The translations under genes and the position numbers were made by a program. Below, piece after piece: positions 25,788-35,955 of a stretch of DNA of 64,000 nt (its first letter is position 1; every line of letters starts with the position of its first letter). Under the pieces are notes generated by a model, which was not told the DNA's origin, did not search any database, and saw only the letters and a program-made list of their open reading frames with translations. Source of the stretch: an uncultured Kiritimatiellota bacterium (GTDB lineage Bacteria; Verrucomicrobiota; Kiritimatiellia; RFP12; DVOR01); contig CALXMW010000007.1 in the NCBI GenBank assembly GCA_944389585.1, forward strand, positions 11,372 to 75,371, written 5' to 3'.

Positions 25788-26113
25788 ACACAATCACCCA
25801 CGCAAAGAAAACCGGCAGGCGGGCCGTCGACGAGGAAAAGGCCCCCGGCACAATCACCCACGCAAAGGAAACGGTCAGGGCCAACCCAAGAAAGCCCCCC
25901 GCCCCACAGCCGAAACACCCCTCCACCCAGAACCCTATATAGGGCTCTTCTGGAACCCTACATAGGGCTCCACCGGAACCCTAGCTACGGCTCCCGCCCC
26001 CGCCCCCCAAGGCACGCGCTTTTCACTTGCCCCCGGGCACGGGGGAGAAGTCGCTGCTCGCAAGCAGGACGCAGAGGTGGGGCTCACTTGCCGCCGGGCG
26101 CGGGGGAGAAGTG
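25788..26113. repeat. Cluster of short intergenic repeats
   Basis: CACAATCACCCACGCAAAG x2, GAACCCTAnnTAnGGCTC x3 at 23-bp period, CACTTGCCnCCGGGCnCGGGGGAGAAGT x2. Confidence 0.75.
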
Positions 26114-26248
26114 AGCGGGGCGTGGGCCCAGGCGGGCGGGGTTTCGCGCCCCGCCTCTTTTTTCGCCGGGCGGGGTTTCGCGCCGCGCCTCTTTGTTTCC
26201 CGGGCGGGATCTGCGGCGGGGCCGCGGGTGTGGTATAATGAAGGCTGA

Positions 26249-27160
26249 ATGAAGCGCGTTTGCTTTTATCTTCAATATTTGGTTTTGGCCGGGCTTTGGT
26301 GGCTTTATCGCCTGATGCCGGTGCGGTGGGCCTATCCCTTCGGGTGGGGGCTCGGCGCGGGGGCGTTCTCGCTTTGCCGGGGCACCAAACGCGCGCGCAC
26401 GGCGGTGGACAACGTGCTCATCGCGGGGTTCGCGCGGACGCGGGCGGAGGCGTATCGCATCGCGCGCCATTCGATGGGGCATTTCGTGGGGCACGTCTGC
26501 GAGGCCCTGCGCGTCTCCGAGACCGTCACGCGCGAGAATTGGCGCGACCACGTCGTTCTGGAGATGGACGCGGAGAGCGAGCGGCTGCTTTTCCGGCCCA
26601 CGTGCCCCATCATCCTGGCCACCGGGCACCTGGGCTCGTGGGAGGCCGGCATCACCGCCATCACCAGCGCCCGCCCCTTCTTCGCCGTCGCGCGCCTGAT
26701 GGACAATCCCTTCCTCCAGCGCTTCCTCAACCGGCACAACTTCCGCGGCGGCGCCACCGTCATCCCCAAGCAGCACGGCTTCCGCGGCGACGCCATGCGC
26801 CGTTGGCGCACCCAGAACGCCGCCCTGGCCGTCCTCTTCGACCAGTATGCCTCGCACGGCGTCTGGGTGCCCTTCTTCGGCCACAAGGTCCCCGTCTACA
26901 CCTCCCCCGCGCGCCTGCACCTCTCCACCGGCGCGCCGATCCTCGTGGGCGGCTTCCTGCGCACCGGCCCCCTGCGCTACAAGATGGTCGCCGTCGGCGC
27001 GCCCATCGTGGCCGACCCCGCCCTCCCGCACGACGAGGCCGTCCGCGCCCTCACCGCCGAGCTTGTCTCCCGCCTCGAGCGCGTCATCCGCATGGCCCCC
27101 GAGCAATACCTGTGGCTTCACCGCCGTTTCCGCGGCATCCCCGCGCCGGAGGTCTCCTGA
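26249..27160 (+). CDS. Lipid A lauroyl/lysophospholipid acyltransferase (LpxL/HtrB family)
   Basis: GHLGSWE, LFDQ, VPFFG and PEQYLWLHRRF motifs. Confidence 0.88.
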   Translation: MKRVCFYLQYLVLAGLWWLYRLMPVRWAYPFGWGLGAGAFSLCRGTKRARTAVDNVLIAGFARTRAEAYRIARHSMGHFVGHVCEALRVSETVTRENWRDHVVLEMDAESERLLFRPTCPIILATGHLGSWEAGITAITSARPFFAVARLMDNPFLQRFLNRHNFRGGATVIPKQHGFRGDAMRRWRTQNAALAVLFDQYASHGVWVPFFGHKVPVYTSPARLHLSTGAPILVGGFLRTGPLRYKMVAVGAPIVADPALPHDEAVRALTAELVSRLERVIRMAPEQYLWLHRRFRGIPAPEVS

Positions 27161-27162
27161 CC

Positions 27163-27456
27163 ATGGCCTGGTACCAACCCGTCGACGAGGCCCACATCCG
27201 GCGCGAACGCGAGCGCGCCCGCGCCCTCCGCGCCAGCGCCTGGTGGAAGGCCCAGCTCGCCAAAGGCGAATGCCACCACTGCCATGGCCGCTTCCCCCCC
27301 GGCAAGCTCACCATGGATCACCTCATCCCCGTCGCCCGCGGCGGCAAATCCGTCAAAGGCAACGTCGTCCCCGCCTGCTTCGCCTGCAACCAGGTCAAGG
27401 CCGCCGCCACGCCCGCCGAGCGCATCCTCGAGGAACTCTTCCCCGACGAGCCATGA
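27163..27456 (+). CDS. Small HNH endonuclease
   Basis: CHHC...TMDHLIPVARGG...NVVPACFACN. Confidence 0.88.
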   Translation: MAWYQPVDEAHIRRERERARALRASAWWKAQLAKGECHHCHGRFPPGKLTMDHLIPVARGGKSVKGNVVPACFACNQVKAAATPAERILEELFPDEP

Positions 27457-27555
27457 AAAGACTTGCGGCCGCCGGGGGGAATGTGGTATTATGCAAGGAC
27501 TTTTTCTTTCTGCGGGGTTCAGACCCGCGACGCAACGTTCAAGGAGGTTCGCGAA

Positions 27556-27711
27556 ATGAGCCAGCACAGAAGTCTCAAAGGGTCGGGCAAAATCACCGCC
27601 AAGCGCAACGTGCTCAAGCGTTTTGAGCGCATCAACCTGTTGATCAAGCGCGGCCAGTGGAAGGAAGGCGACCGCGGCCAGGGCCTGCGCAAGACCATGC
27701 CCGAGGCCTGA
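27556..27711 (+). CDS. Small basic protein (TIGR04137-like PVC signature protein)
   Basis: MSQHRSLK...RNVLKRFERI..L...G.W..G...GLRK, AAGGAGG RBS. Confidence 0.85.
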   Translation: MSQHRSLKGSGKITAKRNVLKRFERINLLIKRGQWKEGDRGQGLRKTMPEA

Positions 27712-27777
27712 CCCACCTGCCCCCGGCAGCCAAAGGCGCCGTGCGCGAGCGCGGCGCTTTTGCTATCCTAAGGAGAC

Positions 27778-30036
27778 ATGAAAGCGCTCCTCCTCGCACT
27801 CCTCGCGGCCTGCGCCGCCCCCGCCTGGGCGGACGGCGCGCGCCTGGCCTTCGCCGACGGGCTGGCCCGCCGCGGCCTGCACGCCCAGGCCGTCCGCGAA
27901 TACGAGGCCATCCTCCAGGAAGACCCCGCTGCCGACGACGCGCGCTATGCCCTCGCCGCCAGCCTCGAGGCACTCGGGCGCGACGCCGAGGCCCTGACGC
28001 TCTACCGCGACCTCGCCGGGCGCCTCGCCGGTGAACGCCAGGCCGCCGCACGCCTCCGCCTGGCCCTCGCCCTCCGCCGTGCCGACCCCCGCTCCGACGA
28101 GGCCCGCCGCCTCCTCGAGGCCGTCGCCACCGGCCCGGCCACCGACGCCGTGCGCCAGGCCTCGCTCCTGAACCTAGGCCTCTGCTACGCCGACCTCGGC
28201 CGCGCGAAAGACGCCGAATCCGTCCTCCGCCGCGTGGCCGCCGACGGCTCCTGCGCCCCCCAGGCCAAGGCCGCCCTCGCCGCCCTTGCCCTTGCCCAAG
28301 GCGACGCCGACCAAGCCTGGGCCCTCCACCGCGAGGCCATCGCCCAGGCCTCCGAGGCCGGGCGCCCCGCCGCCGCCGCCGCGGCCTTCGCCGCCGCCTT
28401 CGCCGCGCAGGCTTGGCCCCAGGCCGCCGCCTTCGCCCAGGCCGCCGGGCAGGCCGGCCTGCCGGACGCCGCCGGGCGCGACGCCGCGGCCTACGCCGCG
28501 CTCCGCGCCCAACGGCCCGAGGAGGCCCGCGCGTGGCTCGAGGCCGCCAAACGCGCCGCCCCCGCGCCCACGCCCGGGCGCCTCGCCCTCGAGGGCGCCG
28601 TCGCCGAGGCGTTGGGGGACGCCCCGGGCGCGCTCACCGCCTATGAGCGCATCCTCTCCGAGTTTCCCCAAGCCCCCGGCGCGCCTGCCGCCGCCCACGC
28701 CATGCTGGCCCTCCGCGCCAAGGCCGGTGACCCCGCCGACTTCCTCCGCGCCTGGGCCCGCGCCGCCGGGCGCCTGACGCCGGAGGCCCGCGCCGCGCTC
28801 GAGCCCTTCCGCCTCGACGCGGCCATCCGCGCCAAGGACGCGCCGCAGGCCCGCGCCGCGGCCGCCTGGCTGATGGAGAACGCCCCCGCCGAGCAGGCCG
28901 CCGACGCGGGCTACCGCCTGGGCTGGTTCGAGCGGCAGTCCGGCGCCGACGCCCAGGCGGGCGAGACGTGGCTGCGCACCGCCGAGCGTTGGCCCGGCGC
29001 GCCCGCGGCCGGCCGCGCGGCCTACGCCGCGGCCTATGCCTTCACCCAGGCCAGGGACGCCGACCGCGCGGAGCGCGCGTTGGCCTTGGCTTTGGCCTCC
29101 GGGGACGCGGGGGTGGCGGCGGACGCGCTGTTGCTCCGGGCGCGCAACGCCTTGGCGGAGAACGACGCGGCGGGCGCGGCGGCCGCGCTGGACGAGTATC
29201 TCGCGCGCTTCCCGCGGGGGCAGGGCGCGGCGGAGGCGGCGTATCTGCGTGGCCTTCTTTTTTTCAACGCGCGTGACTTCCAGGCCGCGGAGGGCCTCCT
29301 GGCCCAGGCTTTGGCCGCGGACGGCGCGGACGGCGTGGCGCCGCTTGACCATGCGCGCCGGACGGACGCGGCGATGCGGCGCGCCCAGAGCCTCCATGCC
29401 TTGGGGCGGGGCGACGAGGCCGCCGCGCTGCTCCAGCCCATCGTGGCGCTGAAGGACGCCCAGGGGCTGGCCCCCGAGTATCTGGCCTGGCTGGCCGAGT
29501 TCCGCGCCGGGCGCGGGGAGTGGGCCCAGAGCGAGGCGGCGGCGCGGGCGTTGGCCGGGCGCGGGGGCGAGGCGCGGGCGTGGGGGAACGTGCTTTTGGG
29601 GCGTGCGGCGGAGGCGCAGGGACGGCGGGCCACGGCGTTGGCGGCGTATGAGGCGGCGTTGGCGGCGGGCGGGGGGGCGCATGGCGCGTCGGCGGCGTTG
29701 GGGGTGGGGCGGCTCCGGGCGGCGGGGGGCGAGCAGGAGGCGGCGCGCGAGGCCTTCGCCTTGGCGGCGGAGCGGGCGGACACGGCCACGGCGGAGGGGC
29801 AGGCGGCGCGGGCCCAGGCGTATGCGGGGCTGGCGGCGGCGTGCGCGGCGTTGGGGGACGCGGACGGCGCGCTCCGCGCGAACATGGCGCTGATCATCTT
29901 TTTCGACGACGAGGCGTTGGTGCCGGGGGCCTTCCGCGCGGCCATCGCCACGCTTGAGGCCCAGGGGTTGGCGGGCGAGGCGAAGGCCCTCCGCGAGGAG
30001 TTCGCCCAGCGTTACCCCGAGGCCGCCAAGGAGTGA
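27778..30036 (+). CDS. Exported TPR-repeat protein
   Basis: Signal peptide and repeated TPR-like helices (YERILSEFP, YLARFP). Confidence 0.8.
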   Translation: MKALLLALLAACAAPAWADGARLAFADGLARRGLHAQAVREYEAILQEDPAADDARYALAASLEALGRDAEALTLYRDLAGRLAGERQAAARLRLALALRRADPRSDEARRLLEAVATGPATDAVRQASLLNLGLCYADLGRAKDAESVLRRVAADGSCAPQAKAALAALALAQGDADQAWALHREAIAQASEAGRPAAAAAAFAAAFAAQAWPQAAAFAQAAGQAGLPDAAGRDAAAYAALRAQRPEEARAWLEAAKRAAPAPTPGRLALEGAVAEALGDAPGALTAYERILSEFPQAPGAPAAAHAMLALRAKAGDPADFLRAWARAAGRLTPEARAALEPFRLDAAIRAKDAPQARAAAAWLMENAPAEQAADAGYRLGWFERQSGADAQAGETWLRTAERWPGAPAAGRAAYAAAYAFTQARDADRAERALALALASGDAGVAADALLLRARNALAENDAAGAAAALDEYLARFPRGQGAAEAAYLRGLLFFNARDFQAAEGLLAQALAADGADGVAPLDHARRTDAAMRRAQSLHALGRGDEAAALLQPIVALKDAQGLAPEYLAWLAEFRAGRGEWAQSEAAARALAGRGGEARAWGNVLLGRAAEAQGRRATALAAYEAALAAGGGAHGASAALGVGRLRAAGGEQEAAREAFALAAERADTATAEGQAARAQAYAGLAAACAALGDADGALRANMALIIFFDDEALVPGAFRAAIATLEAQGLAGEAKALREEFAQRYPEAAKE

Positions 30037-30049
30037 AGGAGGCGCCGTC

Positions 30050-30289
30050 ATGGCCGAGAGGAAGAGAGCCGAGCCCAAGACCTTTGAGGAGGCATCCGCG
30101 CGTTTGGAGGCGCTGGTGGCGCAGATGGAGGCGGGGCAGCTGCCGTTGGACGAGATGATCGCGGCGTTCGAGGAGGGGCGGCGCCTGGTGGCGTTCTGCA
30201 ACGCGAAGCTGTCGGAGGTGCAGAGGCGGGTGGAGGTGATCAAGGCCCAGGAGGCCGACGGCTCCATCGCCCGCGAGCCGTTCCAGTGA
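30050..30289 (+). CDS. xseB: Exodeoxyribonuclease VII small subunit
   Basis: TFEEASARLEALVAQMEAGQLPLDE....FEEG. Confidence 0.92.
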   Translation: MAERKRAEPKTFEEASARLEALVAQMEAGQLPLDEMIAAFEEGRRLVAFCNAKLSEVQRRVEVIKAQEADGSIAREPFQ

Positions 30290-30431
30290 GGCTTGGCGCC
30301 TTTGTGCGCCCGGCGCCGGCGGGGACGGCCCGCCGGGGCGGTGGGATTGCGCGTTGGGGTGGGGGATGGTAAAATAAGGGGTTGTTTTTTGATTGCATTG
30401 AAATCGGTAAGCAGAGCGGAGAGCACGCGGC

Positions 30432-31832
30432 ATGGTGACACGGAACAAGAAGGACGCCCCCGAGACGCGCACGGACACGCTTTTGACGGAGGAGCGGCTG
30501 GCGCGGTATGAGGGTTTGGCGCGTGCGTGCGCGCAGATCGACCCGCAGCTGTACCGGCGGTACAACGTGAAGCGGGGGCTGCGCAACGAGGATGGCTCGG
30601 GCGTGTTGGTGGGGCTGACGCGGGTGGGCTCGGTGCATGGGTACGTGGTGGACGAGAACGAGATCGTCCCGGTGCCGGGCAAGCAGTATTACCGCGGGGT
30701 GGACGTGCAGGATTTGGTGCACGGCTTCCAGAGCGAGGGGCGGCCGGGGTTCGAGGAGACGGCGTATCTGCTGCTGTTCGGGCAGATGCCGTCGCAGGCG
30801 GAGCTGGAGGAGTGGAACGCGGTGCTGGATTCGAAGCGCGCGTTGCCGTACCAGCTGCTGGAGAAGATCATCCGCGAGCCGAGCCGGGACATCATGAACT
30901 CGCTGGCGCGCTCGGTGTTGGCGGCGTACAGCGACGACGAGACGCCCGACGCGGTGAGCATCCCGGCGGTGTTGCGCCAGAGCATCGACCTGGTGGCGCG
31001 CTTCCCGGCGATGGCGGCGTATGCGTACCAGGCGAAGATGCATTATTACCACGGGGAGTCGCTCTTCGTGCGCAACCCGGTGCCGGGGCGCTCGACGGCG
31101 GAGAACTTCCTGATGATGCTGCGCGAGGACGCGGCGTACACGCCGTTGGAGGCGGAGCTGCTGGATCTGTGCCTGGTGCTGCACGCGGAGCACGGCGGCG
31201 GCAACAACTCGGCCTTCACGACGCACGTGGTGACGTCGGCGGCGACGGACACGTATTCGGCGATCGCCGCGGCCATCCTCTCGCTCAAGGGCCCGCGCCA
31301 CGGCGGCGCGAACCTGCGCGTGATGCACCAGATGGACGAGATCAAGGACGCGCTGCCGGATTGGGGCGACGAGGGGGCCATCGCCGATTACCTGCGCAAG
31401 ATCCTGCGCAAGGAGGCGGGGGACGGCTCGGGGCTCATCTACGGCCTGGGACACGCGGTCTACACGCTCTCCGACCCGCGCGCGACGCTCCTCAAGGAGA
31501 AGGCCCGCGAGCTGGCCGAGACGAAGGAGCGGATGGAGGAGTTCCGGCTGTACGAGGCCATCGAGCGCCTGGGGCCGCAGATCTTCAACGAGGGGCGCGA
31601 GAAGACCAAGGAGCTGTGCGCGAACGTGGACTTCTACTCGGGCTTCGTCTACGACATGCTCAACATCCCGGTGGATCTGTACACGCCGCTCTTCGCCATC
31701 TCGCGCGTGGTGGGGTGGAGCGCGCACCGCCTGGAGGAGCTGGTGAACGGCGGGCCCATCGTGCGCCCGGCGTTCAAGGCGATCACCGGCAAGGGGCCGC
31801 GGACTTACGTGCCGTTGGCCGGGCGCGCCTGA
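30432..31832 (+). CDS. gltA: Citrate synthase
   Basis: HAEHGGGNNS, GPRHGGAN, GLGHAVY and ANVDFYSG motifs. Confidence 0.93.
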   Translation: MVTRNKKDAPETRTDTLLTEERLARYEGLARACAQIDPQLYRRYNVKRGLRNEDGSGVLVGLTRVGSVHGYVVDENEIVPVPGKQYYRGVDVQDLVHGFQSEGRPGFEETAYLLLFGQMPSQAELEEWNAVLDSKRALPYQLLEKIIREPSRDIMNSLARSVLAAYSDDETPDAVSIPAVLRQSIDLVARFPAMAAYAYQAKMHYYHGESLFVRNPVPGRSTAENFLMMLREDAAYTPLEAELLDLCLVLHAEHGGGNNSAFTTHVVTSAATDTYSAIAAAILSLKGPRHGGANLRVMHQMDEIKDALPDWGDEGAIADYLRKILRKEAGDGSGLIYGLGHAVYTLSDPRATLLKEKARELAETKERMEEFRLYEAIERLGPQIFNEGREKTKELCANVDFYSGFVYDMLNIPVDLYTPLFAISRVVGWSAHRLEELVNGGPIVRPAFKAITGKGPRTYVPLAGRA

Positions 31833-31833
31833 G

Positions 31834-32910
31834 ATGGCCGGCGCCGGGGAGGCCGCGTTGCCCGCGCCCGTGCTTGTCACGGGCGGGAGCGGCTTTTTGG
31901 GCGTCAACCTCATCCGCTGGCTGCTCGCGCACGGGGTGGGGGAGGTGCGCTCGCTGGATCTGGCGGCCTTCGATTACCCGGAGAAGGGCGACCCGCGCGT
32001 GCGGGCGGAGGTCGGCGACGTGCGCGACCGCGCGGCGGTGCGGGCGCTGACGGCCGGGTGCGGCGCGGTCGTCCACTGCGCGGCGGCGTTGCCGCTGTGC
32101 GACGAGGCGGAGATCCGCTCGACCGACGTGGGGGGCGCGCGGGTGGTGCTCGAGGAGGCCAAGGCCGCGGGCGTGCGGCGCTTCGTCTACATCTCCTCGA
32201 CGGCGGTCTACGGGATTCCCGACCATCACCCCGTCTTCGAGGGCGACCGGCTGTGCGGCGTGGGGCCCTACGGGGAGAGCAAGATCGAGGCCGAGGGCAT
32301 CGCGCGGGGGTTGGACGCGCCGGGCTTCGCGGTCTCCATCCTGCGGCCCAAGAGTTTCGTGGGGCCGGAGCGGCTGGGCGTCTTCGCGCTGCTGTACGAC
32401 TGGGCCTACACGGGCCACGGCTTCCCCATGATCGGCTCGGGGCGCAACCGCTACCAATTGCTGGACGTGGAGGATCTGTGCGACGCGATCGGCCTTTGCC
32501 TCTCCCACCCCGACGAGGCGGCGGTGCGCGACACCTACAACGTCGGCGCCGACCGCTTCGCCACGATGCGCGAGGATTGGCAGGCCGTGCTCGACGCCGC
32601 GGGCCACGGCAAGCGTGTGCGCGGCACGCCGGCGTGGCTCGTCATCCCCGCCCTGCGCGCGTTGGAGGCGCTCCGCCTCTCGCCGCTCTACCGGTGGGTG
32701 TACGAGACCGCGCCGCGGGACAGCTTCGTGGACGTGGGCAAGATCCGCGCGCGCCTGGGGTGGGCGCCGCGCTTCTCCAACCAGGAGGCGCTCCTGCGCA
32801 ACTATGCGTGGTATGTGGAGAACCTGCCGCGCTTCCGGGGGCAGAGCGGGAAGACCCACCGCGTGCCGTGGAAGCAGGGCATCCTGGCCCTTGCAAAGAG
32901 GTGTTTCTGA
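31834..32910 (+). CDS. NAD-dependent epimerase/dehydratase (extended SDR)
   Basis: TGGSGFLG, SSTAVYG and YGESK motifs. Confidence 0.88.
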   Translation: MAGAGEAALPAPVLVTGGSGFLGVNLIRWLLAHGVGEVRSLDLAAFDYPEKGDPRVRAEVGDVRDRAAVRALTAGCGAVVHCAAALPLCDEAEIRSTDVGGARVVLEEAKAAGVRRFVYISSTAVYGIPDHHPVFEGDRLCGVGPYGESKIEAEGIARGLDAPGFAVSILRPKSFVGPERLGVFALLYDWAYTGHGFPMIGSGRNRYQLLDVEDLCDAIGLCLSHPDEAAVRDTYNVGADRFATMREDWQAVLDAAGHGKRVRGTPAWLVIPALRALEALRLSPLYRWVYETAPRDSFVDVGKIRARLGWAPRFSNQEALLRNYAWYVENLPRFRGQSGKTHRVPWKQGILALAKRCF

Positions 32911-33488
32911 TGACGGACGCGCTGATTTTGGATCGCTCCACGGCCCGCACGCTCGCGGCCTTCGCGGGCGAGACGCTTGAGCTGGAAGGGCGCGACCCCG
33001 CGTGGTGCGGGCGCCTGCGCGGGCTGCTCGCCGGGCGGCGGCCGGGGCTGCTGGCCGTGGGGTTGGGGCCCGGGTCGTTCGCCGGGGTGCGCTCGGCCAT
33101 CGCGTGCCTGCAGGGGATGGGGCTGGCGTGGGGGCTGCGGCCCAAGGGCTTCCCCTCGGCCGCGCTCTGCGCCCTGGCCTCCGGGCTGCCGGAGGTGACG
33201 GTGGTGGGCGACGCGCGGCGCGGCACGCTCTGGGCCGTGCGCTTCGCCGTCGGGCCGGACACGATCGCGCAACGCGGGCCTTTCCGCATCCTGGCGCGCG
33301 GGCGTTTCGAGCCGTCTGGGGACATGGTGAGCCCGGACGCGGCGCGCCTGGCCGAGTTCGGCCTGCGCCCCGTGGCGCTTTCCGCGGCGCTGTTGCCCGA
33401 GGCCGTGCGGCGCCTGGGCGGCGCGCTCACCGAGGATCCCGCGCCGTATTACCTTCATCCCGCCGTGGGGGCCGCCCCTGCCGAGTGA
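32910..33488 (+). CDS. tsaB: tRNA t6A modification protein TsaB-like
   Basis: AVGLGPGSFAGVR, DARRG and P.YL motifs. Confidence 0.8.
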   Translation: MTDALILDRSTARTLAAFAGETLELEGRDPAWCGRLRGLLAGRRPGLLAVGLGPGSFAGVRSAIACLQGMGLAWGLRPKGFPSAALCALASGLPEVTVVGDARRGTLWAVRFAVGPDTIAQRGPFRILARGRFEPSGDMVSPDAARLAEFGLRPVALSAALLPEAVRRLGGALTEDPAPYYLHPAVGAAPAE

Positions 33489-33493
33489 GCGCC

Positions 33494-34846
33494 ATGGCCA
33501 CCGACATGACCAACGGTTCGCCGCTCCGGCTGTTGGTGGCCTTTTCGTGGCCCCTGCTGGTGGGCAACGTCATCCAGATGGCGTATGCGCTGGCGGACAT
33601 GGTCATCGTGGGGCGCCTGCTGGGGCGGGAGGCGTTGGCGGCGGTGGGGAGCGTGGGCTCGACGATTTTCGTGGTGCTGGGGTTTGTCTTCGGCGTCACG
33701 GCGGGCGTGGCGGTGGTGACGGCGCAGCGTTTCGGGGCGGGGGACCCGCGCGGCGTGCGCCAATCCGTCGGCACGGGGGCGTGGGTGTGCGCGGCCATCG
33801 CGGGGGCGGTGACGGCGGCGTGCTGGCTGGGCACGGAGGCCATCCTGCGCCTGCTGAACACGCCGCCGGACATCTTCGAGCAGACGCGCGCGTACCTTTC
33901 GGTCAGCTTCCTGGGCACGCCGTTCATGGTCTTCTTCAACTTCCAGAGCGCCACGTTGCGCGCGCTTGGCGACAGCCGCACGCCGCTCTTTTTCCTGGCC
34001 GGCGCGTCGTTGCTGAACGTCGTGCTGGACATCCTTTTCATCACGGTCTTCGGGATGGGCGTGGCCGGCGCGGCGTGGGCCACCAACACGGCCATCCTGG
34101 CCTCGGCGCTCACCTGCCTGGCCTGCGTCACGGGGCGTTTGCCGGAGCTTCGGCTGCGCCTGTCGGATTGGCGGCCGCGGCCGCGGATGGCGCTGCGGCA
34201 GCTGTGGATCGCCGTGCCGATGGGGCTGCAGTTCTCGGTGACGGGGCTGGGCGCGATGGTGCTGCAGGCGGCCATCAACACCTTCGGCGTGGCGCTCGTG
34301 GCGGGGATGACGGCGGCGCGGAACGTGGAGAACGTGGCGTGCCAGCTGCCGGTGGCGCTCGGCCAGGCCATGGCCACCTACGCGGCGCAGAATTACGGCG
34401 CGGGCAAGCTGGGGCGCATCCGCGCGGGGGTGCGGGCCTCGGTGTTGGTCTCGGTCGTCTCCGGGCTGGCGATGACGGCGCTGGCGCTGTGCTTTGGAGA
34501 CCTGTTCGTCTCGGCGTTCCTCAGGGAGCGGAGCGAGGAGGTGCTGGCCGTGGGGCGGCGGATGCTGTGGGTGTGCGCGCCCTTCTTCGTGCCGTTGGGG
34601 CTCATCTTCATCTTCCGCAACACGCTCCAGGGCATCGGCCGCTCCTGCCTGCCCATGCTGGCGGGGTTCGTGGAGATGGCGATGCGCGCGGGCGTGGCGC
34701 TGGGGCTGCTCCGGCTGCTGGGCGTGAACGCCGTCTATTGGGGCGACCCCGCGGCGTGGGTGGGCGCGGCGGCGTTGCTGGTCGTGGCCTATTGGGCCTA
34801 CACGCGCCGCTGGCCGCATGAACGGGGGGCCGAGCCATGCCCCTGA
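33494..34846 (+). CDS. MATE-family efflux transporter
   Basis: DMTNG, AQRFGAG, LRALGDSRTP and AQNYGAG motifs, multiple TM segments. Confidence 0.92.
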   Translation: MATDMTNGSPLRLLVAFSWPLLVGNVIQMAYALADMVIVGRLLGREALAAVGSVGSTIFVVLGFVFGVTAGVAVVTAQRFGAGDPRGVRQSVGTGAWVCAAIAGAVTAACWLGTEAILRLLNTPPDIFEQTRAYLSVSFLGTPFMVFFNFQSATLRALGDSRTPLFFLAGASLLNVVLDILFITVFGMGVAGAAWATNTAILASALTCLACVTGRLPELRLRLSDWRPRPRMALRQLWIAVPMGLQFSVTGLGAMVLQAAINTFGVALVAGMTAARNVENVACQLPVALGQAMATYAAQNYGAGKLGRIRAGVRASVLVSVVSGLAMTALALCFGDLFVSAFLRERSEEVLAVGRRMLWVCAPFFVPLGLIFIFRNTLQGIGRSCLPMLAGFVEMAMRAGVALGLLRLLGVNAVYWGDPAAWVGAAALLVVAYWAYTRRWPHERGAEPCP

Positions 34847-35955
34847 GCCTGGCCGCCGCGCTCCGTTTCCTGCGGGCCAACGCCGTCACGGCCGTCTCGC
34901 TGTTGGCCGCGGCGCTCTCTTTCCTGCTGGTGGAGGCCCCTGGCGCGTGGTGGCGGGCCATCGACCTGCGCACGCTGAACCTGCTTTTCTGCCTGATGGT
35001 GGTGGTGGCCGGGCTGCGCGGGTGCGCGCTTTTCCGCGTGCTGGCGCAGTCGCTGCTGGCCGGGCGCACGCGCTTCCGATCGCTGGCGCACACGCTGGTG
35101 CAGCTTCCGTTTTGGATCTCGATGGTGGCGACGAACGACGTCGCGCTCATCGCCCTGGTCCCCTTCGCCATCTACGCGCTCGACCGCCTGGGCCTGCGCC
35201 GCCGCCTGCCCGGCCTCGTCGCCCTGCAGACCGTCGCGGCGAACCTCGGCTCCATCGCCACGCCCGTCGGCAACCCGCAGAACCTCTTTCTTTACACCGC
35301 GTACGCCATCCCGGCGGCGGACTTTTTCGCGGCCACGCTCCCCGTCGCCTTCGGCGGCGCGCTCCTGCTCTTCGCCCTCACGCACGCCCTGCGGGATGAG
35401 CCCATCGACTTCCACTTCGAGCACCGCCGCACCCTGGCCCACCCGCGCAAGGCCGTGCTCTGCGGCGCGCTCTTCCTGCTCTGCCTGCTGACGGTCTTCC
35501 GTCTCTTGCCACACGGGTGGCTCTTCGGGATCGTCCTCGGCGCGACGCTTCTCTTTTACCGCGCCGCCCTGCGCGGCGTCGACTACGGCCTGTTGCTCAC
35601 CTTCGTGGGCTTCTTCGTCTTCTCGGGCAACCTCGGGCGCATCCCCGCCGTCGACGCGCTTCTTGGGCGGCTCCTCGAGGACCACGCGCAGGCCACCGCC
35701 GCGCTCGCCTCGCAAGTCCTCTCCAACGTCCCCGCCGCCATCCTCCTCTCTCCCTTCACCGACGACTGGGCCGGCCTGCTCTGGGGCGCCGACATCGGCG
35801 CCTTCGGCACCCCCGTCGCCTCCCTGGCCAGCCTCATCTCCCTGGGGCTTTACCTCCGCGAGCCGGACGCGCGCCCGTGGCGCTACCTGCTGCTCTTCAC
35901 GCTCCTGAACCTTGCCTTCCTTTGCGTCCTCTCCGCCCTCACCCTCATCCTGTGA
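34837..35955 (+). CDS. SLC13/CitMHS-like anion permease
   Basis: TNDVAL, AANLGSIATPVGNPQNL and SNVPAA motifs. Confidence 0.85.
   Translation: MPLSLAAALRFLRANAVTAVSLLAAALSFLLVEAPGAWWRAIDLRTLNLLFCLMVVVAGLRGCALFRVLAQSLLAGRTRFRSLAHTLVQLPFWISMVATNDVALIALVPFAIYALDRLGLRRRLPGLVALQTVAANLGSIATPVGNPQNLFLYTAYAIPAADFFAATLPVAFGGALLLFALTHALRDEPIDFHFEHRRTLAHPRKAVLCGALFLLCLLTVFRLLPHGWLFGIVLGATLLFYRAALRGVDYGLLLTFVGFFVFSGNLGRIPAVDALLGRLLEDHAQATAALASQVLSNVPAAILLSPFTDDWAGLLWGADIGAFGTPVASLASLISLGLYLREPDARPWRYLLLFTLLNLAFLCVLSALTLIL

Noticed and set aside
27163-27456. HNH gene as mobile or defence element
   Set aside because: Host-like GC, embedded in a housekeeping operon, no flanking repeats.
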